IMG/VR virus record: IMGVR_UViG_3300036713_000599
Strand: one strand, 5' to 3'
Length of the DNA stretch: 64,000 nucleotides
DNA from: a virus
Taxonomy: Duplodnaviria > Caudoviricetes
The position numbers and the translations under genes were made by a program. The notes beneath the pieces were generated by a model, which searched no databases, was not told the DNA's origin, and saw only the letters and a list, made by a program, of their open reading frames with translations. Positions 62,885 through 64,000 of the stretch are shown here, in pieces (positions within the stretch are counted from its first letter, which is position 1; each line of letters begins with the position of its first letter).

Positions 62885-64000
62885 TGATTCGCCTTCTCCG
62901 ATCAGTCATCGACTTCGAAGATGGCAAGATAGACCAAGAGACTCTCTCAATTAATTTTCGACACTTGTTGGGATCGAGCATCCAATGGAACCGACCCGAC
63001 GACGAACGACTCTTCAAGTTTATCAAGACGTATTTTGAGCACAATCTCCCCAACCTGCCTTCAGCCCAGACGGTAGAGGACTACTTCAACAAATCCAACG
63101 ATATTGAGACGATCGAGCGACTTAAGGATATCGAGGGGCAGCCTGTCTACACAGACGCAAATTTCACATTCTTGCTCCGCCAGCTCTTAGACGAGCAAAA
63201 CAAGATTCGGATGCTGAAATTGCTCAAGGATACCCAAGAGGTGGTGAGCAAAGGCCTGGAGGTCAAAGAGGGAAGGGAAACGAAGATCTATAAAGGGACG
63301 ACAGAGGCCCACCTTTTCTACAATGCGAGGGCTGTTGACCTTTTACCCACCGTGTCTAACACACGGACGAGGGGCGACCTCCGCACTCTCACGGAGGAAT
63401 CATGGGAAGAATACTTGGCTGCCGAGCACGATTCCAGCAAAGCCTACGGCAAGCTTACCGGGATCAATGATATCGATAAAGTTTGCAAAGGAATCAAAAA
63501 AGGAGAGATGTGGGTCCACGCCGGCTTTGCAGGCGAACTGAAGTCCAGTTATTCCATGAACTGGTGCTATAACCTAGTCACGAGATACAGGACAAATGTC
63601 TTCTACGTGTCGCTAGAGATGCCGCTTGAACAGGTTCAGCGGATCATCCATGTGCTCCACTCGGCAAACGGCAAATTCGCGGCCCAAGGTAAGGAGCCTT
63701 TGGATTATCGGAAGGTAAGGGACGGGGAACTTTCTCCAGAAGAGAAAGAGTTCTACAAAGAGGTCCTCCACGATTTCGCCAACAACCCGAACTACACACG
63801 TTTCGAAATTTGGTGCCCTGATCGAGACGTCACTATCGACGATATTCGGATCGAAGCCGAGCTAATGCATCGGCAGATGGAGGTCGGGCTCCTGGTTATT
63901 GACCATGGTGGGTTGGTTGAAGCTCAACGCAGAAACTCGAACTACACGGTGGAGTTGAACACTGTTCTCCGGGGCAGCAAGAAACTGGCTTTGCACTTCA
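62884..64000 (+). CDS. dnaB: DnaB-like (SF4) replicative helicase, partial (runs off the window end; absent from the ORF track)
   Basis: My translation from ATG 62884 stays open to nt 64000: ...TGINDIDKVCKGIKKGEMWVHAGFAGELKSS (H1), VFYVSLEMP (H1a), GLLVIDHGG (H2). Confidence 0.88.
   Translation, partial: MIRLLRSVIDFEDGKIDQETLSINFRHLLGSSIQWNRPDDERLFKFIKTYFEHNLPNLPSAQTVEDYFNKSNDIETIERLKDIEGQPVYTDANFTFLLRQLLDEQNKIRMLKLLKDTQEVVSKGLEVKEGRETKIYKGTTEAHLFYNARAVDLLPTVSNTRTRGDLRTLTEESWEEYLAAEHDSSKAYGKLTGINDIDKVCKGIKKGEMWVHAGFAGELKSSYSMNWCYNLVTRYRTNVFYVSLEMPLEQVQRIIHVLHSANGKFAAQGKEPLDYRKVRDGELSPEEKEFYKEVLHDFANNPNYTRFEIWCPDRDVTIDDIRIEAELMHRQMEVGLLVIDHGGLVEAQRRNSNYTVELNTVLRGSKKLALHF

Larger units (their letters stand above)
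1..64000 (+). other. Segment of a large tailed-phage (myovirus-like) genome: baseplate, tail-fibre array, lysis and replication genes
   Basis: Near-continuous co-directional ORFs, many joined by TGATG/ATGA/TAATG overlaps. Spike, gp25-like, baseplate-J-like, holin-like, SNF2 and DnaB-like proteins are recognisable. No typical host housekeeping genes. Confidence 0.92.

Noticed and set aside
1-64000. Stop-codon reassignment (TAG or TGA recoding, as in some large phages)
   Set aside because: ORFs of up to 6.7 kb are intact in the standard code, and TAG/TGA/TAA ends are followed within a few nt by the next start, often overlapping.
1-64000. CRISPR array, tRNA or other structured RNA genes
   Set aside because: No regularly spaced repeat-spacer pattern was seen, and the intergenic gaps are too short or lack cloverleaf/T-loop motifs by eye. 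A tRNAscan/Infernal run would be needed to exclude them formally.
60267-64000. Inteins or introns in the SNF2 and DnaB genes
   Set aside because: Motif spacing is normal, with no C/S...HN-(C/S/T) splice junctions or LAGLIDADG blocks in the visible parts.

Overview
This window is a gene-dense, almost entirely plus-strand segment of a large contractile-tailed (myovirus-like, probably jumbo) bacteriophage genome, read in the standard genetic code. From left to right it holds five blocks. (1) A truncated upstream gene and a baseplate block: gp5/gpV-like spike, several large unknown structural proteins, then gp25/W-like, baseplate J-like, gpI-like and fibre-attachment-like genes in P2-type W-J-I-H order. 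(2) A ~29-kb tail-fibre/receptor-binding array (17.9-47.6 kb) built from a few paralogous scaffold families, decorated with about 14 LamG (concanavalin A-like) domains, beta-helix-like and Ig-like modules. (3) Two paralogous giant virion proteins with accessory fibre genes. (4) A putative lysis cassette: a holin-like gene, an inner-membrane-anchored protein and a secreted protein with outer-membrane-type beta-strands; no endolysin is recognisable. (5) The start of a replication block: cold-shock-like OB protein, SNF2-family helicase, an apparently ATPase-dead DnaC-like protein, and a DnaB-like helicase running off the right end. I saw no tRNA, rRNA, CRISPR array, integrase, transposase, reverse transcriptase or intein. 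The most interesting observations are the repeated plug-and-play organisation of the fibre array (LamG cassettes with signs of recent DNA-level exchange, one nested inside another LamG domain) and the non-canonical spanin-like pair. All family assignments are by-eye motif recognition; no database searches were run.
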